Origin: Candidatus Zhuqueibacterota bacterium
GTDB taxonomy: Bacteria; Zhuqueibacterota; Zhuqueibacteria; Thermofontimicrobiales; Thermofontimicrobiaceae
Assembly (NCBI GenBank): GCA_049322915.1
Contig: JBMOPW010000020.1
Coordinates: 32,001 to 96,000, forward strand
DNA length: 64,000 bases
Direction of reading: 5' to 3'
Shown: one piece after another, positions 62,355 to 64,000 of the stretch
Position numbering within the stretch: position 1 is the first letter of the stretch
Layout: each line of letters opens with the position of its first letter
Made by a program: the position numbers and the translations under genes
Notes under the pieces: model-generated
The model's database searches: none
Told to the model about the DNA's origin: nothing
The model's input: only the letters and a program-made list of their open reading frames with translations

Positions 62355-63368
62355 ATGAGAATAGTTAAATTATTCATCCTGGCGCTGTTGATACTCATTG
62401 CGGTGATTTTAATCTCAGGGCTGATTCTTCCCCGGGACTATCTGATGGAGAAGACCATTGTCATCAGTGCGCCGAAAGAGCTGGTATTCGAGCATGTCCG
62501 ATACTGGAGAAATTGGGATGCATGGTCTCCGTGGATTGAAATGGATTCGCTGATGGTTTCCAAGATCGAAGGGACGGATGGAGAGGTCGGCTCTGCATAC
62601 AGTTGGGTCGGCGATCCGAAAGTCACCGGCAAAGGTGAAATGAAAACCACCGCGATAAAAGACAACGAAGAGATGGCGTACCACACCCATTTTTATCATC
62701 CATGGGAACGCGAATCCGATGGCTACCTGCGACTGGTGGACGAAGCCGGCGCTGTCAAAGTGGTTTGGGCGTTCTACGGCACGACGCCGTTTCCGTGGAA
62801 CGTTGGCATGCTATTTGTCAATCTGGATGACGTGGTCGGTAAGGATTTTGAACGCGGCCTGGTTCGGCTCAAACAGCTCTGCGAAACCGAAGCGACTGAA
62901 ATCTCCAAATATCAAATCAGTGAGATCGAATTCAGCGGAAGGAATTACGCTGCCATTCGCAGCACGGTCGCTTTCAGCGACATCCAAAATTTTATGACCG
63001 CTTCGTTCGGAGAGATTCAGCAGACGATGAAACAAAAAGGGATGCGGATGGTTGGCGCGCCGGTGGGCTTGTATTTCTTCTGGGATATGCCAAACAATTC
63101 CACAGAGATGGCGGCCGGGATTCCCATTACCGGCAGCATCGACGCCGGCAACGTGCAGACAATCACCGTGGAAGCCGGCCGCGCATTGACGGTTGATTAT
63201 TATGGCCCGTATGATAAGTCCCAGTTCGCCCACATGGCCATGGATTTTTACATGAAGAGAAACGCGTTGACGCAAAAGGCCATCGTTCTGGAGGAATATA
63301 TCACCGATCCAATGACCGAGAGCGACAGCAGCAAATGGCTGACAAAGATTATTTATTTTGTCCAGTAG
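62355..63368 (+). CDS. Membrane-anchored SRPBCC plus GyrI-like effector-binding protein
   Basis: WSPW, YSW.G..G.G, DFERGL..LK; YYGPY, EEYITDP. Confidence 0.8.
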   Translation: MRIVKLFILALLILIAVILISGLILPRDYLMEKTIVISAPKELVFEHVRYWRNWDAWSPWIEMDSLMVSKIEGTDGEVGSAYSWVGDPKVTGKGEMKTTAIKDNEEMAYHTHFYHPWERESDGYLRLVDEAGAVKVVWAFYGTTPFPWNVGMLFVNLDDVVGKDFERGLVRLKQLCETEATEISKYQISEIEFSGRNYAAIRSTVAFSDIQNFMTASFGEIQQTMKQKGMRMVGAPVGLYFFWDMPNNSTEMAAGIPITGSIDAGNVQTITVEAGRALTVDYYGPYDKSQFAHMAMDFYMKRNALTQKAIVLEEYITDPMTESDSSKWLTKIIYFVQ

Positions 63369-63400
63369 TAAACCGATTAGAAAAGCAGTCATGACCGCCT

Positions 63401-64000
63401 ATGTCGCCACGAAATCTGGTTATCACATTATTGGAACGGCTCGACCAGACAGATGCTTACGCCGACATTCTGCTGACGCGGGAGCTTCGTAATCAGGCGC
63501 TCTCCAGCCGGGATAAGGCGTTTGTTCAGGAAATATTTTATGGGGTGATTCGGTGGCGCCTGCGTCTGGACTGGATGATTGAGCAGCTATTTCAGGGCTC
63601 ATTTTCGAAGTGCCCTCCGTTTGTGAAAAATATTCTGCAAGTGAGTTTCTATCAACTCGCATTCATGGAACGAATTCCGACGTATGCAGTCATCAACGAG
63701 GCTGTGAATTCAGGCAAGAAAAGAGGGGGACCTTACTGGGGGAGCAAGATCAATGCGATCCTGAGGCATTTCAGCCGGGATCGTGCCGGCGTCACCTGGC
63801 CGGATAAGCGGACGTCGCCGGTCAGGCATCTTGCGGTGCGGTATTCGCACCCGCAGTGGCTCGTCGCGCGATGGATTTCGCAGTGGGGCATTGAAGAGAC
63901 AGAAGCGCTTTGTCAGGCCGATAATCAAATCCCGGACGTGACAGTCCGCGTCAATCGATTGAAATCATCGCCGGACCAACTGGCGGAGACATTATCCCGC
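63401..64000 (+). CDS. rsmB: 16S rRNA m5C967 methyltransferase RsmB, truncated by window end
   Basis: MSPRNL..DKAFVQEIFYGVIRW..RIPTYAVINEAV..INAILR..YSHPQWL..TVRVN; follows def-fmt. Confidence 0.85.
   Translation, partial: MSPRNLVITLLERLDQTDAYADILLTRELRNQALSSRDKAFVQEIFYGVIRWRLRLDWMIEQLFQGSFSKCPPFVKNILQVSFYQLAFMERIPTYAVINEAVNSGKKRGGPYWGSKINAILRHFSRDRAGVTWPDKRTSPVRHLAVRYSHPQWLVARWISQWGIEETEALCQADNQIPDVTVRVNRLKSSPDQLAETLSR

Overview
Bacterial genomic window. Several exported proteins end in a QNYPNPFN C-terminal sorting/FlgD-Ig domain, which suggests an FCB-group organism such as KSB1 or Calditrichota (inference). Layout: (1) a Type III restriction-modification mod-res pair (175-4590); (2) a minus-strand block of GrpB, hydrolase, pepF, oppCB and two paralogous secreted proteins, one with three cohesin-like domains (5.5-18.6 kb); (3) a ~19.4 kb plus-strand arsenic/metal-redox island with arsR, arsC, acr3, thioredoxins, ccdA, arsP, DGC, FmdE, TauE, ECF/anti-sigma/sensor, a TolC-MacAB-type exporter, arsM and a pseudo-arsP (19.0-38.4 kb); (4) a minus-strand cassette region with duplicated coiled-coil genes, hicBA, decayed nuclease 3' ends and a 5'-truncated second res copy (38.6-42.05 kb); (5) mostly housekeeping genes (oppD, dcd, ccmCD, MATE, radA, tgt, yajC, def, fmt, partial rsmB). 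The most notable structure is a ~1.5 kb inverted repeat of the res 3' half (3335-4849 / 40536-42050). It brackets ~36 kb whose gene order makes more sense when flipped. The window also holds many short palindromic or MITE-like elements: one inserted in frame into a lipoprotein signal peptide with a perfect 6-bp target duplication, several nested ones, and two tandem arrays (185 bp and 178 bp units), the first of which has captured part of arsC. No rRNA, tRNA, CRISPR array, integrase or intact transposase was seen. All alignments and counts were done by eye.
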